From the NCBI GenBank assembly GCA_038496445.1, contig JALMLS010000369.1, positions 130,327-194,326 on the forward strand: a stretch of DNA of 64,000 nt, written 5' to 3'. Source of the stretch: Trichosphaerium sp. ATCC 40318 (lineage: Eukaryota > Protista > Tubulinea). A program made the position numbers and the translations under genes. Below the pieces are notes generated by a model. It was not told where the DNA came from. It saw nothing but the letters and a program-made list of their open reading frames with translations, and did not search any database. The first letter of the stretch is position 1. Each line of letters opens with the position of its first letter. This document shows, piece after piece, positions 53,142 to 64,000 of the stretch.

Positions 53142-53438
53142 GTAAACAATCTGTTTTATTGCAAGTTTTACACGCTCTTTTAGTGCACAAAAACCAACGG
53201 AAAAAAACTTTGCTATTCAAAGAACGGTGACAGCAGTTGACTAAAGACTCATGACGGATTCAAAAGCTGGTATACTATCGATAATCCCTGTGAGATGAGC
53301 GTGAACAGTTCCTAGTAGCTTAAGTTATACGTATTTGTGCTGATTGTCGTTTAGCGGTCAGCTTATCCATACAATACTAGTGGCAAGGCAAAGCTCAATT
53401 TAAAAGATGAGCATTTATAATAACGTGACTAAACTGTT

Positions 53439-54390
53439 TTATTCTGTTCTTTCATTCGTGATAATTGGTTTTGAGCTCTCCTTTGCGTTATTTATATCAA
53501 TCTCTAAATCCTTGAAGCTTGGCCTATCAGAACAAGAAAACGCCCAACATTGTGACATAATATGTTGCCAATGAGGGTGGACTAGATCACCGACCCCAGG
53601 TGTATATCCTTCTTCTCTGATCCGCATTGCAAGATCAAACAAGTCTGGTACTTGTCCAAATGGTCTTGTCTTGTAAACAAGCTCCCACATTAGCATTCCA
53701 AATGACCACACCTAAGTCCGTTTGTTTTCTCAATACAAGCTCAATATGTATTTAACTTACATCGCTTTTAGGTTCATACAACCTTTTTATTGACTCAGGA
53801 CTCATCCATCTAATTGGTCAAAAGTTTGTTTTTGTTTTTTTAGCTGATCCTGAAAGTGTCGTTTTTCTGAACTTGATAAGCAAAGGTGATAAATATGTTT
53901 TTTATTGAGTACCTTGACATTCCGAAATCGCTTATTTTGATAACATCGTCTTCTGATATCTATCATTGCACTGTCAATCATGTATCAAAAAACAGAACAC
54001 TACGTACCAATACATTTCTACATGCAAGATCTCTACAAACAATATTTAATTAGTTTCATAATGACAAGCTGCTAAACTACCGATGTATGATCATATTTTG
54101 ATGAAGAAAAGTCATCCCTGATGCGATTGAACTTAAAAACGTTTTGATCTCATTGAATTTAAAATCATCGTTTTTGCTCTCATACAAGTCTTCCAGCGAT
54201 CCATTTGCCATAAACTCCAATACCAACATTGGCTTAGCATCAGCGATACAAAGACCAACAGTACCAACAATATTCGGATGAGGATCGAGACTCATATTTA
54301 CTTCAACCTGTGAGCAATAGTTAATAATAACACAACATAGCCTATCTGTCTCACCTCTCGTAAAAAGTTTTGATTTGCTTCAGGGCCAAG
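53439..54390 (-). pseudogene. Kinase-domain remnant of a third RTK subtype, truncated, with a nonsense codon
   Basis: TGA at 53818-53820 replaces the Gly of GPIRW (GGA in the 63.4 kb copy). The 5' part is cut at the 54390 junction. Confidence 0.75.
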
Positions 54391-57300
54391 AGAACGGGAT
54401 CTAAGTGTATTTGGTACATTTTTTAGATGTTGTAGAGTTATACTACATTGAAGGAACAACGGAACTAGCCAGGTAAGGAGAAGCGTATTGCATTATAAAG
54501 TGTTAGTCTCGTTGTCACTCATTTTTTGAAAATAGGATTGTATTTTCAGATGATGTTATTGTTGATATTGGAGTCCAACATCCCGAAGCCTTCCAGTAAT
54601 GGATAATTGTACTGATGCCCTTTGCATTGATACAACAGATGTGATGTTTGGTCAGTTCTTACAACTTTTAACTTATTCATCTCCACAAGTGTGTTTACGC
54701 TTTGTAGTTGTTGGTGCTTCTCAAAATGTCTTACACACTTTGACGTGTGGTACAGCAGGTATAATAGAGCCTTATTTATTTGTTACTTAACAAAAATACA
54801 TTAGCATCCGAGTGTAGTCAAGGGCCTAGCGGTGGATATGGTTATTTCAATAGAGCATCACTCGAAGAGTGTTGCACACACTTAAACTGGGACTTGTACT
54901 TTCAATTTATGATTGATGTGATCACTCCACTCAAACTTGGAGAGTATGGATATCGTACTGGTATCACGTTGTATCGAGATACAGCTCAAGTTGTATTGCC
55001 TTTGGGGAGTCACTCCAAATCTTACTTTCTTGAGCAACTCAACAATATTCGATCTAAACTTAGTAGGGAGGATGTGAAATGTTACAACAGGTAGATTGTT
55101 ATTTCAAGAGTTGTTGAATTAATATTTGTATTCAAGGCCTTTCGGTTGCACGTGATCATTTCAATAGCCACGGAAGAAATGGACGAAATAAAAAAGTGAT
55201 GATTGTCAATCAATACCATGGTTCCAAATGTGCTGGTTTTGATTCAAATGATATCACAAACACTCTCGAATCTGAGGTATCAAAGCAAAATAATTTATAT
55301 GGTATTGAGAAAATATAGGGATTTACAATTCACTCAATTTCAATCGGATCAACAGACTCCAATCTTCTACCACTTCCAAATACCGTCAATATCACAAACG
55401 CCATATTTCTGTCATCACGTGTTTTACCGATTATTTCACCTCAAATATGTAAACGTGAGTAGAAAGAAAGCGCTTCTTGTCATCTGCTTCATTTTAATAC
55501 TCCATAGAAGTACGAAGTTTGTGCGGCTCAACATGCAAAGCAGAATGTACATGCAAACAAGAATGTACATGTCAGAATGCCGGATGCGATGACGCAAATA
55601 TATGTACAGCAAACAAATGCCGAAGTCCAGACGAAGGATGTCATTATCCTCAAAATGATATCTTCCCAAACCTTGATGGGCCAAACATACAATGTACACT
55701 TTTAGTTTGTTGTAGTGTTTGACAATTTGTTTTTAGGTGGCTCACATTCTTTTTGTAACCCAGATTTTTCATTATTTTTTGTACCACTTAAGGAATGTCA
55801 TAGTCGTATGCATTTAACCTCGTACTTTGTTAGCTGCTAATTTTTTTAAAAGCACCAAACGAATGTTTTTATAGCCTTCCATTTGAGTGCAGTGACTCTA
55901 TAGCAATCCCATGTGACAGTCCTTGTCCTTCTGGCGATATATGTAACCTATCGTACTGTGATATATCAACTGGAACCTGCGTTACTGAAAAAAGAGTTCC
56001 TGGATCACCTGCATTTGTTTGTGAAGAAGGAGGAGCACATACATTGGATTATTGTGACACAAACACTACCAACGAATTTCCTGTATCTAACAAGTTTCCA
56101 GGGTGTAAAGCTGTGAATCTGTCAGATGTACGCTAATGTACTTTATATCTTCACAAACCATATCTCTAGATATGCAAAGAACAAACACCACCATGTATGA
56201 TATACAACCCGAACATAACAAGTTGGCATTTGGCTCCATTTCAAATTCCTGAAGCTCCAAATCAAACATTCTACAATCCAGAATGTCTCTACGAACCTGA
56301 TCCAAGTTGTTTCAGTGATGTACTCCCTCTCGTACCCACAACAATACCTCCCACAACCTCATCACCTACAACTACTCCACCTACAACACTACCTCCGACA
56401 ACAAGTGCACCACCGACTTCAGCAACTATTGCAACAACTATCCCTTCATCTGGCGCTGAGTCCTCGGGGTCGTCAGTTGTTGGTACGACAAGGCATATGA
56501 TGATAAAAATCTAATTAGATGCAGTGATAGTAGTTGCGTGCGTTGTAGCTTTTCTACTACTGTTTGTTGTTGCTGGACTTTTCATTTGTAACTACCATGT
56601 TCGTGGAAAACGTAAAGGCCAACCACAAGTGACAAGTATGACGTCTGCTTCCTTGAAAGCAGGAGAGGATGCTCAAGTGTCACCTTATGGTTTTCTACCT
56701 GAACGGCTTTCAACCGTAGACGTTAATCTAAAATCTGTGAATATTAACTACGAGGACTTGATATTTGGCAAACAACTTGGTTTGTTTTAAAAAGAATGTA
56801 TATGCGCTTAAACTATTTTTTAGGTGAGGGCAGTTTTGGGTCCGTTATGCAAGCCGAATACAAAGGAAAGAATGTTGCTGTCAAGATATCAAGCCTTGGC
56901 GCTGAAGAGAATCAGAATTTTTTAAGAGAGGTTAGTGAGACTTTGTTATGCCATTAACTATTGTTCACAGGTTGAAGTAAATATGAGTCTTGATCCTCAT
57001 CCAAATATTGTTGGCACTTTTGGACTTTGTTTCCTGGATGGAAAGCCAATGTTGGTATTGGAGTTTATGGCAAATGGATCGCTGGAAGACTTGTATAACA
57101 CAAAGGAAGATGACTTTACATTCAATGAGACCAAAACGTTTTTAAGTTCAATCGCGGCAGGGATGACTTTTCTTCATAAAAATAAGATCATTCATAGGTA
57201 CGTTTAGATTGCTTATGATTGGGAATGACATTGATTTAGGGATCTTGCATGCAGAAATATCTTGGTAGACAATTCCAATTAACCAACAAAACTGACCTTG

Positions 57301-57809
57301 TGTTTCTAGATATCAGAAGATAACGTTCTCAAGATAAGTGATTTTGGAATGTCAAGGTAAATATTCCGAAGGTAAATATAGCATAGTTGTCACTAATTTG
57401 GTTCAGAAAATCAGCAATCTCAGGAAAAGCACAAGAGACCAAGAACGGTATTGGACCAATTCGATGGATGAGTCCAGAGTCCATGCGAAAGTTGTATGAA
57501 CCTAAAAGTGATGTAAGTCCAAACGCACTTCCAACAATATTGTTAATGGTTTCGCAGGTTTGGTCATTTGGAATGGTGATGTATGAGCTCATTTACAGGA
57601 CAATTCCTTTTGGAGAAGTAGATGATTTATTCGATCTTGCTGTTCGTATCAGAGATAAAGGATATACACCTGAATTGGATGATCGTGTTCATCAGCAATG
57701 GAAGAGTATCATGGAAAACTGCTGGGCATTTTCTTCTTCTGATAGACCAACTTTCAATAAGTTAAAAACATCCATTAGTAACGCAACTCAGTTCGTAACT
57801 AATGAGTAG
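54391..57809 (+). pseudogene. Chimeric 5'-truncated RTK-3: kinase-less-type 5' part joined to RTK-2-type 3' part
   Basis: 54391-~55100 is the reverse complement of the short form (~61.4-62.1 kb), and ~55135-57809 matches RTK-2. No signal exon, and there are indels near 54570 and 55050-55260. Confidence 0.65.
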
Positions 57810-57892
57810 CGTTTGCCTTTTGGCAGAATAGTACTTTTACTTTTCTTTTGCTAAGGTACTGTACCTCGTTGCTTATGTTGTAACAGCCCTTA

Positions 57893-60507
57893 ATGAGCAT
57901 CACGTGGTACTTGTATGTACTCACTATCGTGTTACTTTTCCCTCAAACGCTTCAGCAACGTTATGTAAATAAAATATCAAAATCAGTGCGAGTATGTTGC
58001 CTGTAGCCTTACTACGCTTAAATAACGATAAAAATAGGGATTTAAAGAGTCACAAGCTCTAAGTATATACAGCGCTTCTGAAAATCCGCTAGCAGTGCCT
58101 CAAGATGTTTTCTCGGCGATGTATGAAGACAATATAGCGTTATGGGGAGATATGCCAAAGAAAGACGCTTACGTCAATTATATGCGAACACAAACTGGAA
58201 ATGTTGATAGCGCGAGGTAACTAATCACGTGACATATCAAAAAAAATTTTGAGAATTCCACGTGTAATGAAAGGTTAAAATTTTTTAGGTTGCTTTTGGA
58301 ATTCGGCATGGTTCCTTCTGTGAAAGCTTCGCAGTCTCCACTACATGTTGCCATTGCAAAGGAGAGTGTTGACACTGTTGAAGAAATCCTTGAACAAAGT
58401 ACGTGTTTGCAAAATTCACGTGATTAATTGTTATTCGAAGGCACAAGTGTAGTTGTTATAGATCAAGCGGAGGATGATGGTGTAACGCCGTTAATATCAG
58501 CTGTTATGGTTGGCAACGTTGAGGTTGTCAAATTACTGCTTGGAGAGGTTCGTCAAATCCCTTGAGGATACGTTTGTTTTAATTTAACTGTAGGGTTCAG
58601 ATACAGAAGCAACTGCAAGAAATGGTATGAACCCTTTATTAGTTGCAGCGTCTATGAATCATGTTGAAGTTATAGAAGCGCTTCTAGGTACTTGCCCACA
58701 TTACATAATAGGTACTCAATGCAAATGTAGACTATGGCGCGTATATTGATGCAAGGCATTCATTTGCTGGATCTCACGCTCTTCACTTCGCTGCTGAAAT
58801 GGATTGCGCTGAAGGTATTAGTAACATTAGCTTGTATTCAATGTTGTTTCTTACATTTAGCTAGCAATTAAAGTGCTTTGCGAAAGGGGAGCAGACGTTG
58901 AAGCTGAGAAAATTCATGGAGGCACAGCTCTTCATATTGCAGCTGAATCGAATCACCCTAAGGTTGTAAAAGAATTAATCACAACATGTAAGGCCGACAC
59001 AGAGAAAAAGCTATTGAATGACACAACACGTACGCTCAAACAAGATCTCTACCTCAATCTTACAACAAAAAAGCATTGTATCTGGCAGCTTCAAAAGGAA
59101 ATGTTGAGGTTGTAAAAATCCTCTTAGAACATCAAGCTAATACCGACTTTGTCATGCCAGTTGGTACTAATCTTTGACAGGTGAATGGTTCTAATGATCT
59201 TCGTTTCAGGTGTAATGTCACGTGCTGTTACAGCTCCTAAAGAAAAGGCTAAAAAAAATAGCATGGAAGAATACTTTGCTACACTTCATAACCCAGGTTC
59301 TAGTCCTTCTAGTAACAGTTTTGAAGCTGGTAATGGTGCTACTGCACTTCACGCAGCTGTTGAGAATGGTCACAAAAATGTAGTGAAGTTACTGCTTGAT
59401 CACGGCGCACGGCAATTACAGTCTATGGAAGGTACAGCCAATTAAAAATCTATTGTTTTGATCTTCTAACATAGGAGCGACTCCACTTCATATCGCTGCA
59501 CAGTATAATAGGCCAAAAATTGCAAAACTGTTGATTAATAGTGGTGCCCAACTAAATGCACAGAGTACTCGAGATGGATCAACTGCGATACATATGGCTA
59601 TGAGATCAAGCAAGGCACTCGTTGTATTTCTTGGTTTTTTCTGAATGTCTTTACTAGAGTGTTTTGAAAGTACTATTAGATTCTGGAGCGGATGTGTCCG
59701 TCCCAACGTTTGAAGGAGTTACAGCGCTTCACATGGCATTACATAGATCGCAGGATCAATTGGCGATAAAGTTTATTAAAGCTGGGGCAAACTTGAATGC
59801 AATTACATTACAAGGATACACTCCCCTTCATCTTGCTGTTGAAAGATCCGATCCTGGATTGGTTAAAATGATGCTTTCAAAAGGAGCAGACACTGAAAAG
59901 GTAAAGAAAAGCTTAGAATAACAAGCAAAGAAGTGAAGACGTCGAATTCATCTCCCATTGTCTTGTTTACTAACTTTAAGTCAGAAAACAGAGCAAGGCT
60001 TAACGCCTTTGATAATGGCAGTACGATCTAATAATCCAAAAACTTTGTTAGTATTGCTCAAGCATGGTGCTAACACCGAAACAAAAATTGGTATGAAAGC
60101 AACAGCACTTCATCTTGCTGTTCAAAAGAAATATGCGAGTATTGTAAGATTGCTTGTTAAGCACAATGCAAACATTAATGCGAGATTGACAACTGGCCAA
60201 ACACCTCTTTTCATTGCTTCAGAAGATGGATTAGTTAATATCGTCAAGTTGCTTTTGAAGAAGGGAGTGCGAGCTATAGATGTAAGAAATTCAGCAGGGC
60301 TGACGCCATATATGATGGCAGTAGCAAACCGTACGCTTAGAGGTGAAATAACACGTGTACACTTACAATATTTCAGGTCATTTTGAAGTTGCTGATCTCT
60401 TACTTAAAGCTGGTGCTGATAGAAATGCCGTGGATAAAAAGGGACGAAGCATTGAAGAATTAATAATGCGAAAAAACATAGTGAAGCGCAATAGTGTCAA
60501 AACCTAA
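57893..60507 (+). CDS. Ankyrin-repeat protein with predicted signal peptide (copy 2)
   Basis: Near-identical to 41837-44455. Confidence 0.85.
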
Positions 60508-60551
60508 TAATCTATTTACTGTTCACATTTTTGTGGTTTGTTATCTTTTTT

Positions 60552-62782
60552 CTATCTCCACAATAGTTCTATGGCGAGCACAGAAACCAATAAAATAAAA
60601 TGTATACCTAGAGCTGTTAAATACATTACGTTATATACACGTACCAACAGTCGAACAAGAAGACGGTGGACCTTTTGTTGGCGCGGTAGTAGATATCGGC
60701 GGTACAGTCATCGGTGACATAGTAGCAGGTGAAAGCGTTGTTGGAGATACAGTATTTTGAGAACCAGTTGGAGGTATTGTACCTACACATGTGTAAATAA
60801 ACCATAGGTGTTGAAAGACGTACAATTTAAGCTCAATGGGAAGATATCATTTTGTGGAAAGTAACATCCTTCGTCTGGACTTCGACATTCGTTTGCTGTA
60901 CACGAATTTGTGTCGTCGCATCTAGCATTCTGACATGTACATTCTTGATTGCAAGTGCATTCTGCTTTGCATGCTGGGCCACACAAACTTCGTACTTCTG
61001 TTCCTGTGTAGTGTTAACCAAACGGTGAATGGTATTCTTCGTTACCTTGACATAATTCACTTTTAAAGGCCCGTAAAACACTTGATATAATGCTAATACG
61101 TGCAATGTTAATGTTGAAAGAAAATGGTAACACTTTATTAATTCCAATTCCGATTGTCAGTGAGTAAAGTGCAAATCCCTATTTTTTCTCAATAAATAAA
61201 ATTGTGTTGCTTTGATACCTCAGATTCGAGAGTGTTTGTGATATTGTCATTTGAATCAAAACCATCACATTTGGAACCACGATATTGATTGACAATCATC
61301 ACTTTTTTATTTCGTCCATTTCTACCATATTTATCGAAATGATCACGAGCAACCGAAAGACCTTGAAATACAAATATTAGATTCAACAACTCCGGTGAAA
61401 TAACAAATCTACCTGTTGTAACATCATCACATCCTCCCAGTAAGTTGATAGTACGAATGTTGTTGAGTTGTTCAAGAAAGTAAGATTTGGAGTGGCTCCC
61501 CAAAGGCAATACAACTTGAGCTGTATCTCGATACAACGTGATACCAGTACGATATCCATACTCTCCAAGTTTGAGTGGAGTGATCACATCAATCATAAAT
61601 TGAAAGTACAAGTCCCAGTTTAAGTGTGTGCAACACTCTTCGAGTGATGATCTATTGAAATAACCATATCCACCGCTAGGCCCTTGACTACACTCGGATG
61701 CTAATGTATTTTTGTTAAGTAACAAATAAATAAGGCTCTATTTATACCTGCTGTACCACACGTCAAAGTGTGTAAGACATTTTGAGAAGCACCAACAACT
61801 ACAAAGCGTAAACACACTTGTGGAGATGAATAAGTTAAAAGTTGTAAGAACTGACCAAACATCAAATCTGTTGTATCAATGCAAAGGGCATCAGTACAAT
61901 TATCCATTACTGGAAGGCTTCGGGATGTTGGACTCCCAATATCAACAATAACATCATCTGAAAATACAATCCTATTTTCAAAAAATGAGTGACAACGAGA
62001 CTAACACTTTATAATGCAATACGCTTCTCCTTACCTGGCTAGTTCCGTTGTTCCTTCAATGTAGTATAACTCTACAACATCTAAAAATGTACCAAATACA
62101 CTTAGATCCCGTTCTCTTTGGAACCGAGTCCTTTAATAAGCAACAATTAGCATCACAATAATCCAAAATACCAAACTGTTGTACGTATTTACAACAATGT
62201 GAGAAGGTAATGTTGATCGATGCTTGATTGTCACGCGGTGCGTTTCTTCTTTGTCAAGCCATGACATGGCATCAAATGGGTTCTCACTCAGACCGATATT
62301 GTCTTTCACACGTCTGAGGCATTGAGTTTCGCATACTGTGTACTGTACAAGTGACCTCTACGAACGATTAAAATAGAAGTTGTAATAAATAGTCGACATG
62401 CCGAAGAAGATGACCAGTTTTCTCCAAAGTACTTCTCAGGACTTTCTCTATTGAAGTAGACGTCTGCAGTTTCGATAATGTCATTTTGACTAAACACGTA
62501 ATACCCAAAAGATCCATATTGTACAGCCTTGAAAGCACGTGTCAGTTGGTCAACGTTTAATGGATATTTAAAGTGCACCCGTAAAACTGTACGTACAATA
62601 CTTGTATTTTTTCCATACATAACGGCTTCTGTGTCAAGATCATAGCTTGATGCGTCTACCATGAACTGTAACAAGACTGACAATATTATTATTTGTAAGG
62701 CACCTAATCAGCGGTATGTTATACTCAACAGGGGTACAATCGTGGATGTTCTACTTATACACAACGTACGTATCGAATACAT
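60552..62782 (-). CDS. Kinase-less vWA/Cys-rich surface protein, short form (copy 2)
   Basis: Near-identical to 44500-46729, but the upstream region has no retrotransposon. Confidence 0.75.
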
Positions 62783-64000
62783 GTAAACAATCTGTTTTAT
62801 TGCAAGTTTTACACGCTCTTTTAGTGCACAAAAACCAACGGAAAAAAACTTTGCTATTCAAAGAACGGTGACAGCAGTTGACTAAAGACTCATGACGGAT
62901 TCAAAAGCTGGTATACTATCGATAATCCCTGTGAGATGAGCGTGAACAGTTCCTAGTAGCTTAAGTTATACGTATTTGTGCTGATTGTCGTTTAGCGGTC
63001 AGCTTATCCATACAATACTAGTGGCAAGGCAAAGCTCAATTTAAAAGATGAGCATTTATAATAACGTGACTAAACTGTTTTATTCTGTTCTTTCATTCGT
63101 GATAATTGGTTTTGAGCTCTCCTTTGCGTTATTTATATCAATCTCTAAATCCTTGAAGCTTGGCCTATCAGAACAAGAAAACGCCCAACATTGTGACATA
63201 ATATGTTGCCAATGAGGGTGGACTAGATCACCGACCCCAGGTGTATATCCTTCTTCTCTGATCCGCATTGCAAGATCAAACAAGTCTGGTACTTGTCCAA
63301 ATGGTCTTGTCTTGTAAACAAGCTCCCACATTAGCATTCCAAATGACCACACCTAAGTCGTTTGTTTTCTCAATACAAGCTCAATATGTATTTAACTTAC
63401 ATCGCTTTTAGGTTCATACAACCTTTTTATTGACTCAGGACTCATCCATCTAATTGGTCCAAAGTTTGTTTTTGTTTTTTTAGCTGATCCTGAAAGTGTC
63501 GTTTTTCTGAACTTGATAAGCAAAGGTGATAAATATGTTTTTTATTGAGTACCTTGACATTCCGAAATCGCTTATTTTGATAACATCGTCTTCTGATATC
63601 TATCATTGCACTGTCAATCATGTATCAAAAAACAGAACACTACGTACCAATACATTTCTACATGCAAGATCTCTACAAACAATATTTAATTAGTTTCATA
63701 ATGACAAGCTGCTAAACTACCGATGTATGATCATATTTTGATGAAGAAAAGTCATCCCTGATGCGATTGAACTTAAAAACGTTTTGATCTCATTGAATTT
63801 AAAATCATCGTTTTTGCTCTCATACAAGTCTTCCAGCGATCCATTTGCCATAAACTCCAATACCAACATTGGCTTAGCATCAGCGATACAAAGACCAACA
63901 GTACCAACAATATTCGGATGAGGATCGAGACTCATATTTACTTCAACCTGTGAGCAATAGTTAATAATAACACAACATAGCCTATCTGTCTCACCTCTCG
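62400..64000 (+). repeat. Direct duplication of ~52760-54360 (offset ~9.64 kb)
   Basis: Near-identical vWA 5' exons, intergenic region and kinase exons. Confidence 0.9.
63080..64000 (-). CDS. Kinase domain of third RTK subtype (intact here, continues beyond the window)
   Basis: HPNIVGTVGLC, HRDLACRN, DFGMSR, GPIRWMSPES and VWSFGMLMWEL. Confidence 0.85.

Larger units (their letters stand above)
55135..62800 (+). repeat. Direct duplication of ~39075-46747 (offset ~16.05 kb)
   Basis: Near-identical RTK 3' part, ankyrin gene and short vWA gene, including introns. Confidence 0.92.

Overview
Gene-dense, AT-rich eukaryotic nuclear DNA with many short (~40-60 nt) spliceosomal introns. The gene content (Dictyostelium-type Cys repeats, CH-RhoGEF, receptor tyrosine-kinase-like genes) suggests an amoebozoan-like protist; this is inferred, not proven. 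All gene models were spliced by eye and their ends are approximate. Bases 1-37.5 kb hold mostly single-copy genes: SAPS/PP6 regulator, SBDS, a PHTF-like membrane protein, BTB, SNAP-like, CUE, a Tul1/FLY-like RING E3 with an intronic tRNA-Ile(UAU), CH-DH-PH RhoGEF and an NADP oxidoreductase. This half also has two members of an unnamed ~65-aa Trp/Tyr-rich repeat family (one with a C-terminal PD-(D/E)XK/RAP-like domain) and an OAS-like nucleotidyltransferase with an extra C-terminal domain. Bases 37.7-64 kb are a duplicated, rearranged cluster of cell-surface genes. One ectodomain type (variable N-domain, vWA, Cys repeats, S/T/P stalk) occurs both as transmembrane Tyr-kinase-like receptors and as kinase-less, probably GPI-anchored forms, with patchwork sequence exchange between copies; a further receptor copy lies at 7.5-11.6 kb. 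The cluster also holds a signal-peptide ankyrin gene, a deleted split-direct-repeat tyrosine-recombinase retrotransposon and two MITEs. Part of the duplication may be an uncollapsed haplotype or an assembly artefact.
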